Part shown: positions 19,656 through 29,018 of the stretch, piece by piece
Layout: the number at the start of each line of letters is the position of its first letter
Position numbering within the stretch: the stretch's first letter is position 1
Assembly: GCA_963827275.1 (NCBI GenBank)
Contig: CAWHAA010000007.1
Location: forward strand, 96,001-160,000
Source: an uncultured Spirochaetota bacterium
GTDB taxonomy: Bacteria; Spirochaetota; UBA4802; UBA5550
Reading direction: 5' to 3'
DNA length: 64,000 nucleotides
Notes under the pieces: generated by a model
The model's database searches: none
What the model was told of the DNA's origin: nothing
What the model saw: only the letters and a program-made list of their open reading frames with translations
Program-made: the position numbers and the translations under genes

Positions 19656-21356
19656 ATGCCGGATTTCTTCAAAAAAATCTTCGATCAGATGAAAGATATA
19701 TTCGGGAAGCTTGACCGGACGAAAAAGATCATCATCGCCGTGGTCATCGGTGTTGTCGTGGTCGCGTTCGTCGTGCTCTTCTCGGTATCAAGCGGCCAGC
19801 CCAACGTGGTTCTCTTCACGGAACTCTCCTCCGAGGACTTCGGCCAGGTCACGAAAAAAATGGACGAGATGGGCTACCGGTACCAGACCACCGGGCAGAC
19901 CAGCATCCTCGTGCGGCCGGACCAGCGCGAACTCATACTGACCAAGCTCGCCCAGGAAAACATGATACCGAAGGGGATCCCCGGGTGGAAGCTCTTTGAC
20001 ATGACCAAGTGGACCGAGACCGAGCGCGAGCTCGATGTTAAATTCATGCGCTCCCTGCGGGACGAGATAAAGCGGCACATCGAGTCCCTGGAGAACATCG
20101 ACAAGGCGGACGTCGATATCGCGATGACCGAGGACAGCATCTATTCCGAGGACCAAACCCCGTATACCGCCGCGGTGACGGTCCACCTCAAGCCGGGATT
20201 TGACAAGCTTTCGAAAAAAGAGATAAAGGGGATCATCTACCTTGTTTCGCGGGCGGTGGGCACCAGGCTCAAGCCGGAAAATGTCACCGTGACCGATGAC
20301 TACGGCAATATCATATCCGATTTTGACGACGAGCTCGACAAGGCGAAAACCGAATACACCATCCTTGAATACCGGCACAAGCTGGAAGAGCGCGCCCGGA
20401 TCAGGATGCTGAAAGACATCCGCGCCGGCCTCGAGAGGATCTACTCGGCTGACCGGATCCAGATCCTCCGGCTCAACATGGATTTCAACTGGGACAAGAT
20501 ATCCGAGGAGCAGGAAGAGTACACCCCGATCGAGCTTGAAAAAGCCGATCCCACCAAGCCGTACCCGACAAGGAAGATCAAGGACTCCCTGGTAATATCT
20601 GAAAAATCCACCAAGGAACGGTTCCAGGGGCATGGCTGGAACCCGGAAGGACCGGCAGGCACCGAGGGCAATACGCCGCCGGGGTACAAGGCGAGCGACG
20701 ACCAGTTCGCGAAATACAGCAAGAACGAGGACATACGGAACCACGCGGTCAACAAGACGAACAGGATAATCGACCGGGACCCCTATTCTATTGAGCGGGT
20801 ATCGGTCGCGATCGCCATCGACGGCCAGCAGAGCCTGCCGAAGCTCGCGAGCGGCGACTTTGACCTTGACCCGATGAAAGAGCCGGTGCAGATGTCCCTT
20901 ACCTCGGAAGAGCTCAAGAAAGCCGAGAACATCGTCAAGAAATCGATCAACTTCAACGAGAGCAGGGGCGACCAGGTCGCGGTTGAAAACATCATGTTCG
21001 ATCGGAGCAAGTACTGGGACACGCTCCGGGCTGAATTCAGAAAGAAGGAGCAGATCAAGAAGATTCTCCTTGCGGCGCTTATCGGCGTAATCGTGCTTTT
21101 CGTCGGCTTTATCCTGTTCCGGGCCATCTCCAAGGAGCTCGAACGCCGCAGAAGGGCCAAAGAGGAACAGCTTGCGCTCGAACAGCAGCGCATGCGTGAA
21201 GCCGCCCTGCGGGCCGCGGAGGAGGAGGGTATCGACGTGGAGCTCTCCCTGGAAGAGCGCGCCAGGCTGGAATTGCAGGAAAACGCCATCAACCTGGCAC
21301 GGGAGCGGCCGGACGACGTTGCCCAGCTCCTGCGCACCTGGCTGGCGGAGGAATAG
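19656..21356 (+). CDS. fliF: flagellar MS-ring protein FliF
   Basis: Two TM segments, GWKLFD, SINFNESRGDQVAVEN, C-terminal PDDVAQLLRTWL; AGGAGG RBS. Confidence 0.96.
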   Translation: MPDFFKKIFDQMKDIFGKLDRTKKIIIAVVIGVVVVAFVVLFSVSSGQPNVVLFTELSSEDFGQVTKKMDEMGYRYQTTGQTSILVRPDQRELILTKLAQENMIPKGIPGWKLFDMTKWTETERELDVKFMRSLRDEIKRHIESLENIDKADVDIAMTEDSIYSEDQTPYTAAVTVHLKPGFDKLSKKEIKGIIYLVSRAVGTRLKPENVTVTDDYGNIISDFDDELDKAKTEYTILEYRHKLEERARIRMLKDIRAGLERIYSADRIQILRLNMDFNWDKISEEQEEYTPIELEKADPTKPYPTRKIKDSLVISEKSTKERFQGHGWNPEGPAGTEGNTPPGYKASDDQFAKYSKNEDIRNHAVNKTNRIIDRDPYSIERVSVAIAIDGQQSLPKLASGDFDLDPMKEPVQMSLTSEELKKAENIVKKSINFNESRGDQVAVENIMFDRSKYWDTLRAEFRKKEQIKKILLAALIGVIVLFVGFILFRAISKELERRRRAKEEQLALEQQRMREAALRAAEEEGIDVELSLEERARLELQENAINLARERPDDVAQLLRTWLAEE

Positions 21357-21364
21357 ATCGACAC

Positions 21365-21410
21365 CCCGCCCGGACAGGCGCGCAAACGCTTGCGCGCCTG
21401 TCCGGGCGGG
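21365..21410. other. perfect 21-bp inverted repeat with 4-nt loop between fliF and fliG
   Basis: CCCGCCCGGACAGGCGCGCAA-ACGC-TTGCGCGCCTGTCCGGGCGGG. Confidence 0.9.
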
Positions 21411-21520
21411 AAACGGTCCCAATTTTGGTTTGACTTTGATATATTAATAATGTTTATTTACTGTAAAGGCCGATAATTATTACAGCGTATGATCCACCTG
21501 GTTAGGGGATGGAATAACTG

Positions 21521-22537
21521 ATGCTTCAATCGAAAAAGTCACAACTGACAGGGCGGCAAAAAGCGGCCATTTTTCTCGTTTCTCTGGGGTCGGAGGTATC
21601 ATCCGAGATATTCAAGCACCTCCGGGAAGATGAGATTGAGCAGCTGACCTTCGAAATCGCGCGCCTGGACCGCATCGAACCGGAAGACCGCGACAAGGTC
21701 CTCCAGGAGTTCCAGGAGATGATGATGGCCCAGGAGTTCATCCAGAACGGGGGCATCGACTATGCCCGGGACGTCCTGGAGAGGGCGCTCGGCACGCAGA
21801 AGGCCATCGATATCGTCAACAGGCTTACCTCCTCGCTCCAGGTGCGGCCGTTCGACTTCATACGCCGTACCGATCCGAGCCACCTTTTGAACTTCATACA
21901 GGGGGAACACCCCCAGACCATAGCGCTTATACTGGCGTATCTCGACCCGCAGAAGTCTGCGCTCATCCTCTCCGGCCTGCCGCACCAGATCCAGGCGGAC
22001 GTGGCCAAGCGGATCGCGCAGATGGACCGGACCTCGCCGGACGTTCTCCGCGAGGTGGAACGCGTTCTCGAGCGGAAGCTCTCGACCCTGGCGAGCGAGG
22101 ATTTCACCTCCGCCGGCGGCATTGACGCCATCGTCGAGGTGCTGAACAACGTTGACCGCGGGACTGAGAAAATCATCATAGAAGCGCTTGAAGAAGAGGA
22201 CCCGGAGCTTGCGGAAGAGATCAAGAAACGGATGTTCGTGTTCGAGGACATCGTGCTGCTTGACGACCGGTCCATCCAGAAGGTGCTCCGCGAAGTGGAT
22301 ACGCAGGACCTGGCAAAGGCGCTCAAGGGCGTCGACGCCGAGGTGCAGGAGAAGATATACCGGAACATGTCGAAGCGCGCGTCCGCGCTGCTCCGCGAGG
22401 ACATGGACTTCATGGGGCCGATACGGCTGCGTGACGTCGAAGAGTCGCAGCAGAAGATCGTGAATATCATCAGAAAGCTTGAGGAATCCGGCGACATCAT
22501 AGTGGCCCGGGCCGGTGAGGAGGAACTGGTTGTCTAA
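21521..22537 (+). CDS. fliG: flagellar motor switch protein FliG
   Basis: LTGRQKAAIFL, EHPQTIALIL, MFVFED, GPIRLRDVEE. Confidence 0.98.
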   Translation: MLQSKKSQLTGRQKAAIFLVSLGSEVSSEIFKHLREDEIEQLTFEIARLDRIEPEDRDKVLQEFQEMMMAQEFIQNGGIDYARDVLERALGTQKAIDIVNRLTSSLQVRPFDFIRRTDPSHLLNFIQGEHPQTIALILAYLDPQKSALILSGLPHQIQADVAKRIAQMDRTSPDVLREVERVLERKLSTLASEDFTSAGGIDAIVEVLNNVDRGTEKIIIEALEEEDPELAEEIKKRMFVFEDIVLLDDRSIQKVLREVDTQDLAKALKGVDAEVQEKIYRNMSKRASALLREDMDFMGPIRLRDVEESQQKIVNIIRKLEESGDIIVARAGEEELVV

Positions 22538-23456
22538 GTTAGTATTCAAGCCTGGCGAAATCCGCCAGATGAACATACCGAAGCAGATCGAGCTGCCTTC
22601 GAAGTACCAGAAGAACCTCATCGAGACCGAGGATTTCAAGGAGTTCGAGGTCGATGACGAGGGGAACCCGATAGACGTGTACCAGGGGCCGTCCATCGAG
22701 GAGATGGAGGCCGAGCTCGAGCGGTACCGCCGCGAGACGGAAGAAGAAGTCAAGGAGATGCTCGAGCAGGCCCGCGAGCGGGCCAAGCAGATAGAAGAAG
22801 AGGGGAAGCAGGGCGCCTTCCGCGAGCTCCAGACCTCGAAGGAGCAGATCAACCTGGAGATGGAGCGCCACCGGGTCGAGTCCGAGCGCGAAATCGAGCG
22901 CGGGAAGTTCGAGGCGGAGAAAATGATCAAGGAGGCCGAGCTCAAGGTCTCCGAGATCGAGCACGAGGCGTACAAGAAGGGCTACGACGCCGGCCGCGAA
23001 GAGGGCTACAAGGAAGGGCAGGCCGAGGTCATGCGGCTCATCGACCGGCTCGGCACCATCGTTTCCACCGCCGTGGACATCCGCGACGACATCATCAAGT
23101 CGTCGGAGAAGCTGATGACCGAGATGATCCTCATGATCGCGCGCAAGGTCATCAAGGACGAGATCGTGGAACGCCGCGAGGTCGTCATAAACAACATCAA
23201 GGAAGCGATCAAGCGCGTCAAGGACCGCGACCGGATCGACATCCGTGTCAACTTCGCCGACCTGGACATGACGACGGCGCACAAGGACGAGCTGATCAAG
23301 ATGATGGAATCCCTGAAGAAGGTGAACATTTACGAAGATTCGAGGGTGGAGCGCGGCGGCTGTATCATAGAGACCGACGTCGGCGCCATCGACGCGAAGA
23401 TCTCGACGCAGCTTGACGCGATAGAAGAGGCGATCCGGAGCACGACGACGATATAG
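22530..23456 (+). CDS. fliH: flagellar assembly protein FliH (probable TTG start)
   Basis: AxxxGxxxG repeats (AYKKGYDAGREEGYKEG), GGCIIETDVGAIDA. Confidence 0.94.
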   Translation: MSKLVFKPGEIRQMNIPKQIELPSKYQKNLIETEDFKEFEVDDEGNPIDVYQGPSIEEMEAELERYRRETEEEVKEMLEQARERAKQIEEEGKQGAFRELQTSKEQINLEMERHRVESEREIERGKFEAEKMIKEAELKVSEIEHEAYKKGYDAGREEGYKEGQAEVMRLIDRLGTIVSTAVDIRDDIIKSSEKLMTEMILMIARKVIKDEIVERREVVINNIKEAIKRVKDRDRIDIRVNFADLDMTTAHKDELIKMMESLKKVNIYEDSRVERGGCIIETDVGAIDAKISTQLDAIEEAIRSTTTI

Positions 23457-23458
23457 GC

Positions 23459-23482
23459 AGGCGGGGTCACGTGACCCCGCCT
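23459..23482. terminator. perfect 24-bp palindrome after fliH (terminator or REP-like)
   Basis: AGGCGGGGTCAC/GTGACCCCGCCT followed by a short T run. Confidence 0.5.
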
Positions 23483-23517
23483 TTCAAATAGAGGTAAATG
23501 AGACATAACGTATTATT

Positions 23518-23693
23518 TCCCCCCTGTCCCCCGAAGGGGGCACGAGATAAGGGACCGGACGGCACGGAATGTAACAAAAGCCGGGAAACTGGTCCGTGTA
23601 TGAGTAGGGATGTCAGAAGAAATATATGAAAGCATCAGTACCATTGACAATACAGGCGATTTCCATCGCGCCCCCTGCGGGGGACGGGGGGAT
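23518..23693. repeat. inverted REP-like doublet 1 (fliH-fliI)
   Basis: TCCCCCCTGTCCCCCGAAGGGGGCAC at 23518-23543 and an inverted copy at 23668-23693. Confidence 0.8.
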
Positions 23694-23702
23694 GTGTAAC
23701 GT

Positions 23703-25103
23703 ATGATCAAGATCCTCCCGCACGAAAAAGTCGATATCCTTTCCAAGTACAAGGATATCATCAGCGAGCTGGACACCATACAGTCGACCGGCAGGGTGGA
23801 GCGCGTGGTGGGGCTCACCATAGAATCGATCGGGCCGGACGTCGAGTACGGCGAGCTGTGCCGGATCCGGCTTGACCGTGGCGGCTACCTCTACGCGGAG
23901 GTCGTCGGGTTCAACCGCAACAGGGTCATCCTGATGCCCGTCGGCGACATGAAGGGGATCGTGCCGGGCGCGGATGTCATCGCCGCGGGGTCGGCGCTCA
24001 TGGTGCCGGTCGGCGACGAGCTGCTGGGCAGGGTCATATCCGGTATCGGCGTGCCCCTCGACGGCAAGGGGGATATCTTCACCAAGCATAAGTATCCGGT
24101 CACCAGCGAACCGATAAACCCGCTTGAGCGGACGGTCATTGACCGGCCGCTCTCGGTGGGGATACGGGCGATCGACGGCCTGAACACCGTGGGGCGGGGA
24201 CAGAGGATAGGGATCTTCTCCGGTTCCGGCGTCGGTAAATCGACGCTCATCGCCATGATATCGCGCTACACGGACGCGGACGTCAACGTCGTGGCGCTGA
24301 TCGGGGAGCGCGGCCGCGAGGTAAAGGATTTCGTCGAGAAGGAGCTCGGGCCGGAAGGCCTGAAGAAATCCGTCGTGGTGGTGGCCACCTCGAACCAGCC
24401 GGCCATGCTCCGGATCCGGGGGGCCTACCTGGCCCACGCGATCGCCGAGTATTTCCGGGACCAGGGGAAGCACGTCAATCTGATGATGGACTCCATCACG
24501 CGGTTCAGCATGGCGCAGCGCGAGGTGGGTATCGCCGCGGGTGAGCCCTCCTCGATGCGCGGGTACCCTCCCTCAACCTTCGCGCTGATGGCGAAGCTCA
24601 TGGAGCGTGCGGGCACCATTGCGACCGGCGGCAGCATCACCGGCTTCTACTCGGTCCTCGTCGAAGCCGACGACATGAACGAGCCGATTGCCGACCATGC
24701 GCGGAGCATCCTTGACGGGCACATCGTGCTGGAGCGGCGCCTGGCGCACAAGGGCCATTACCCGGCGATCGACGTGCTGCAGTCGATTTCACGGTGCATG
24801 AAGGACGTGGTCACGCCCCAGCATAACGCGGCGGCGAACAAGTTCCGCGAGCTCCTGTCCGCCTACACGGAACACGAGGACGAGATCAGCCTTGGCGCAT
24901 ACGCGAAGGGCTCGGTCCCGTCGGTGGACAGGGCGCTCCAGATGATGGACGGCATGAACGCCTTTTTAAAACAGGGGATATACGAGCGCGATATGTACGA
25001 TGCGATCGTTGGCAGGCTTGTTGACATGTTCGCGGAAAAGAAGCCGGCGGCGCGGCCCGATATTGTTGCCAGGACCCCGGCATTCGCGAGGATTGTGCGG
25101 TAA
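23703..25103 (+). CDS. fliI: flagellum-specific export ATPase FliI
   Basis: GSGVGKST Walker A, ALIGERGREV, DSITRF, LDGHIVLER. Confidence 0.97.
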   Translation: MIKILPHEKVDILSKYKDIISELDTIQSTGRVERVVGLTIESIGPDVEYGELCRIRLDRGGYLYAEVVGFNRNRVILMPVGDMKGIVPGADVIAAGSALMVPVGDELLGRVISGIGVPLDGKGDIFTKHKYPVTSEPINPLERTVIDRPLSVGIRAIDGLNTVGRGQRIGIFSGSGVGKSTLIAMISRYTDADVNVVALIGERGREVKDFVEKELGPEGLKKSVVVVATSNQPAMLRIRGAYLAHAIAEYFRDQGKHVNLMMDSITRFSMAQREVGIAAGEPSSMRGYPPSTFALMAKLMERAGTIATGGSITGFYSVLVEADDMNEPIADHARSILDGHIVLERRLAHKGHYPAIDVLQSISRCMKDVVTPQHNAAANKFRELLSAYTEHEDEISLGAYAKGSVPSVDRALQMMDGMNAFLKQGIYERDMYDAIVGRLVDMFAEKKPAARPDIVARTPAFARIVR

Positions 25104-25116
25104 CAGAAGACGATTC

Positions 25117-25251
25117 ACCCTCATCCCCGCTCTCCCATTGCGAACGGGCTAGGAAGCGGGCAGGGGAGAGGCTCACGACAGGAGGTCGCAGTGCCGAGCG
25201 CGGCCAGGACGGCCGAAAAACGCCCGGCGTGCGCGGAGCGCGGGTGAGGGT
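25117..25251. other. 135-bp structured intergenic element (MITE-like or cis-RNA) between fliI and fliJ
   Basis: 14/16 terminal inverted repeats (ACCCTCATCCCCGCTC...GAGCGCGGGTGAGGGT) enclosing two hairpins with AGGA loops. Confidence 0.6.
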
Positions 25252-25266
25252 CATAAGGGGTTTTTT

Positions 25267-25726
25267 ATGAAAAAGTTCAAGTTCAGGCTCCAGACATTGC
25301 TCAACATACGCGAGGTGCGCGAGCGGGAGGTCCAGTATGAGCTGGCCAAGATCGTGAGCCTCCAGAACCTCGAGCGCGAGAAGCAGGCCGCGTCTGAGAA
25401 GGAGTATCGACGAGCAGAAGGAGATTTTCGGCGACAGGCTGAAAAAGGGATTGTACTCGGCGAGCGAGGCGATCCTCTTCGAACGCTTTGTCGACGTGTC
25501 GCTCCGCGCCATCGGCACCGCCGAGGAGCGTATAAAGAGCATGGAGCCGCAGATCCGGGAGGTGAGGAACCGCCTGATCGAAGTGTCGCGTGAGCGCAAG
25601 GTCGTTGAAAAGCTGAGGGACCGCAAGCGCGCGCAGCATGCCTACGAGGTGAACCGCGAGCTTGGGAAGGAAAACGATGAGACGAACCAGAAGATATACG
25701 CGATGAAAAAAAGGGAAACGGCGTAG
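25267..25726 (+). CDS. fliJ: flagellar export protein FliJ, +1 frameshift near 25394 (probable sequencing error)
   Basis: MKKFKFRLQTLLNIRE N-terminus; continues in the next frame with ERKVVEKLRDRK. Confidence 0.88.
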
Positions 25727-25733
25727 GGATGCC

Positions 25734-26313
25734 ATGATTGAAAATATGTACGCGGTAATGAAACGGATCAATGAGCTCCGCGGGCGCTTCGGGTTAAACC
25801 ATGACCCGTACCGGTGACATTGACGCAGCCCGGTCTCCGGCGAAGAGCTTCCGTGAATACCATGACGGCGTCATGGAGGCGGAGCGCCTGGCGCGCGTCG
25901 GCGGGGCCGTGACAAAGGGCACGAGCGTGGAAGAGATCCGGAAGCTGGCGGACCACTACGCGTCCGTCAACCACGTCCCGTCGGGGCTGGTAAAGGCGGT
26001 GATCGAGGCCGAATCGAACTATGACCCCCGGGCGGTATCGCCGAAGGGGGCGAAGGGGCTGATGCAGCTCATGCCGTCGGTCATAAAGGACCTGGGCGTG
26101 AACGATCCCTTTGACCCGAACGAAAATATCAGCGCGGGGACCGGTCTGCTGAAAGACCTCCTCCGCGAATACGGCGGGGACTATGCGAAGGCCCTCGCGG
26201 CGTACAACGCCGGCAGGCGCGCGGTGAACGAAAGCGGCGGCGTGCCGGACTTCACCGAAACGCGCGAGTACGTGAAGAAAGTGATAGACTCATACGTGAA
26301 AAACAGCGAGTGA
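25734..26313 (+). CDS. SLT-domain lytic transglycosylase, +1 frameshift near 25797
   Basis: AVIEAESNY, AVSPKGAKGLMQLMP, ALAAYNAG; N-terminus MIENMYAVMKRINELR lies in another frame. Confidence 0.88.
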
Positions 26314-26323
26314 GAGGAGATCC

Positions 26324-26929
26324 ATGAGGAATATATCGGACAGATCAAAAATCATCTACCTGGTTATGCTTATACTGTTCATAATCGCGTTCGGACTGTT
26401 CTGGATGGACTACATAGGCCTCCTGGATATATCATCATATGTCAACCGGTTCCGGGGCGAACCGGCGCTGGTGACGGAGGCCGGTGACGACGAGCCGTCG
26501 CTGATGGAGCGCGAGGAATTCGAGAAGGAAAAGCTGAAATTCTCGGAGCGGATAGAGGACCTCGATAAGCGGGAAGCGCTGATAACCGAAAGGGAGAAGG
26601 AGATCGACGCGCTGAAGGAAAAAATGGAAGAGTCCCGCAAGGGCCTCGATCTCGAGAAGAAGAAGCTGGAGCATGAAAAGACCCGCTATTCAGGCTATAA
26701 GAAAAACGTAAAGGTCCTGGCGGTCAAGGCGATAAGCATGCCTCCTGAAAACGCGGTGGACATAATGCTGAACTGGGAAGACCCCCTTATCATCGATGTG
26801 CTCAGGCAGATCGACGCCGACGCCCAGGAGGCGGGAAGGATGAGCGTTTCATCATATCTTCTCCAGAAGATGTCGGAGAAAAAGGCGGAGCGGGCTAGCC
26901 GCATCATGTATCTTATGACCCAGATCTGA
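26324..26929 (+). CDS. flbB: periplasmic flagellar collar protein FlbB
   Basis: N-terminal TM (FWMDYIGL), coiled coil, MPPENAV...DPLIIDVLR...SYLL; follows fliJ as in spirochetes. Confidence 0.8.
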   Translation: MRNISDRSKIIYLVMLILFIIAFGLFWMDYIGLLDISSYVNRFRGEPALVTEAGDDEPSLMEREEFEKEKLKFSERIEDLDKREALITEREKEIDALKEKMEESRKGLDLEKKKLEHEKTRYSGYKKNVKVLAVKAISMPPENAVDIMLNWEDPLIIDVLRQIDADAQEAGRMSVSSYLLQKMSEKKAERASRIMYLMTQI

Positions 26930-27036
26930 GGCGGCCCCCCGGGGCCCGCAACGGGCACCCTGCCGCCCGTCCCCCGCATCGGCCCCCCTTCCGCCGGCCG
27001 GATTGAACGGCCGGCATCATATCAAAAATTAAAAAC

Positions 27037-27065
27037 TTGACAATTGGTCGTATAAAAGTTTAAAT
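27037..27065 (+). promoter_or_regulatory. putative sigma-70 promoter for the GGDEF gene
   Basis: TTGACA-N17-TTAAAT. Confidence 0.5.
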
Positions 27066-27157
27066 TATTTAAACGCGTATTTTGAATGATGCCCTGTTCG
27101 GTTGGTCTGCGACTGACGGGATTCATATCATGTAACTATTCTGTGACAGGTGCCGGG

Positions 27158-27943
27158 ATGAGTGACAGGAACGATCGTGATGATAAAGAACGGGAGCTGG
27201 GCAGCTTCGATATCAACATCATCAATATAATGACGCATCTTTACAAGAGCGCCGCGGTCGAAGATGATGTGATGGAGACCCTCAGGCAGCTGAATTTCGA
27301 ATACCATTCCCTGCTGGACAAGAACAATATCCTCGAAGAGAAGGTCAATATTGACTGGAAGACCAATCTTCTGAAATACCGTGACGATTATCTCACCATG
27401 ATAATAAAATCGGCTTCACGGATCCTGGACATCATCCCCAACGAAAAATATAACATCTCCTATGTGCGCTTCGATATCGACAACTTTTCAATGCTGAACA
27501 ACCGCTTCGGTCATGACAAGGGCGATATTGTCCTTGTCGACCTCGCGAACGTGCTGCGGATTAATTCCCGTCCGACCGACTATATCATACGGTTCGGCGG
27601 CGAGGAGTTTGACGTCATTCTCCCATCGACCGATCTCAAGGGCGCCATCACCTACATGGACAAAATATACAAAAATTTCCACTCATTGAAGTATAATTTC
27701 GACAATGCCGATGTGCGGGTCACCGTCAGCGCCGGCATGGCGATACTGGCGATGGATTTCAGGCTGCTCAAGCGCATCAATGGCGATTCGATCAAGGCGG
27801 AGTATATCAAGCTGCAAAAAGCGGCGGATGACGCCCTCTATGACGCGAAGCTCTCCGGTAAAAACCAGTTCAAGATTTACAACGACAAGATCGACTACAA
27901 GGATATCCGCACAAGGTATGCCGCCGTAGCGGTCAAGGCGTAG
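27158..27943 (+). CDS. diguanylate cyclase (GGDEF domain)
   Basis: DIDNF, GHDKGD, RPTD I-site, GGEEF, ADDALYDAK. Confidence 0.93.
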   Translation: MSDRNDRDDKERELGSFDINIINIMTHLYKSAAVEDDVMETLRQLNFEYHSLLDKNNILEEKVNIDWKTNLLKYRDDYLTMIIKSASRILDIIPNEKYNISYVRFDIDNFSMLNNRFGHDKGDIVLVDLANVLRINSRPTDYIIRFGGEEFDVILPSTDLKGAITYMDKIYKNFHSLKYNFDNADVRVTVSAGMAILAMDFRLLKRINGDSIKAEYIKLQKAADDALYDAKLSGKNQFKIYNDKIDYKDIRTRYAAVAVKA

Positions 27944-28550
27944 GGCCCTGTTCCGCCGTCCCGGCGGGCCTCCCGGCGTATTCGCCGATCATCCCCAGTA
28001 TCTCGCGCCTTCCGGCCTCCGTTTTGGCAGACGTGGGGAAGAGTGCGTCGAGCGTAATCCCCAGCTCTTCCGCTATCAACCGCATCCGCTGGGCGCACTG
28101 GTTGCGCGAAAGCTTGTCGCACTTGGTGAGGGTGATTACTGCGGGAACGCGGTGCCTGGCGAGGAGATCGAGCAGGTCCGCCTCGAAGCTGTCCGGCAGC
28201 CTGCGGATATCGATGAGCAGGAAGACAAGCCTCAGGTTCCCGCGCTTCTCGATGTAGTTCCGGATGAGAGGGAGAAATGCCTTGCGCATGACGTTGGGCA
28301 ATTTGGCGTAGCCGAACCCGGGAAGGTCCGCGAGGGAGATGGAATCGTTGAGGAGAAAGAAATTTACGGTTTTCGTCACGCCGGGCCGCGCACCGGTCTT
28401 CACAAGGTCTTTTTTCTTCATGAGCATGTTGATCAGGGAGGACTTGCCCACGTTCGAGCGTCCCATGAACGCGAATTCAGGCCAGGAATAGCGCGGGAAC
28501 TGCGACGGGGCGGTGCAGCTCTTGATGAAATGAACCTCGCGTATTTTCAT
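27933..28550 (-). CDS. engB: ribosome biogenesis GTP-binding protein YihA/EngB
   Basis: GRSNVGKSSLIN, DLPGFG, TKCDK. Confidence 0.95.
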   Translation of the reverse strand: MKIREVHFIKSCTAPSQFPRYSWPEFAFMGRSNVGKSSLINMLMKKKDLVKTGARPGVTKTVNFFLLNDSISLADLPGFGYAKLPNVMRKAFLPLIRNYIEKRGNLRLVFLLIDIRRLPDSFEADLLDLLARHRVPAVITLTKCDKLSRNQCAQRMRLIAEELGITLDALFPTSAKTEAGRREILGMIGEYAGRPAGTAEQGPTP

Positions 28551-28987
28551 ACGGTGACACCCCGCTCCATGAGTATGGCATCGATGCCGTCATAATAATG
28601 CTTGCGCCGGCCCGTCTCGGTGAACCCGTGCGCGCTGTAAAACATGCGCGCCGCACTGTTCGCTTCGCTCACCTCGAGGTAAATTTTTCCCGTGCCGCCC
28701 GCTTCAGCCGCGGTCATTACAATATGTGATATCAGGAGGGACCCCATCCCGCGGCGGCGGGCTTCCCTGCGCACGCCGATGTTGTTCAGCTGTATGTCGC
28801 CTGCCACGTTCCATGTGACGGTAAAACCCATGATGCCGATTTCATCCTCGAGGACATGCACCGAAGAGAATTTCAGGCCCAGCTCCTCGGCGAACTGGGA
28901 GCGGTTCCAGCGGTCCTGGCCCTCGCTCTCTATCTGGCGGAGAGCGTCAATATCATCATGGGTTGCTGGTCTGATTGACGGCTTCAT
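28547..28987 (-). CDS. RimI-like GNAT acetyltransferase
   Basis: RRRGMG, LEVSEAN..ARMFY..GF..GRRKHYY. Confidence 0.85.
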   Translation of the reverse strand: MKPSIRPATHDDIDALRQIESEGQDRWNRSQFAEELGLKFSSVHVLEDEIGIMGFTVTWNVAGDIQLNNIGVRREARRRGMGSLLISHIVMTAAEAGGTGKIYLEVSEANSAARMFYSAHGFTETGRRKHYYDGIDAILMERGVTV

Positions 28988-29018
28988 CCGCCCACCGGCC
29001 TTTTGTGTCCGGCACGCG

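Noticed and set aside
19788..22975. Long antisense ORFs (544 aa and 458 aa) opposite fliF/fliG/fliH, and similar shadow ORFs elsewhere
   Set aside because: Expected shadows of GC-rich codon usage on well-supported genes; no protein motifs
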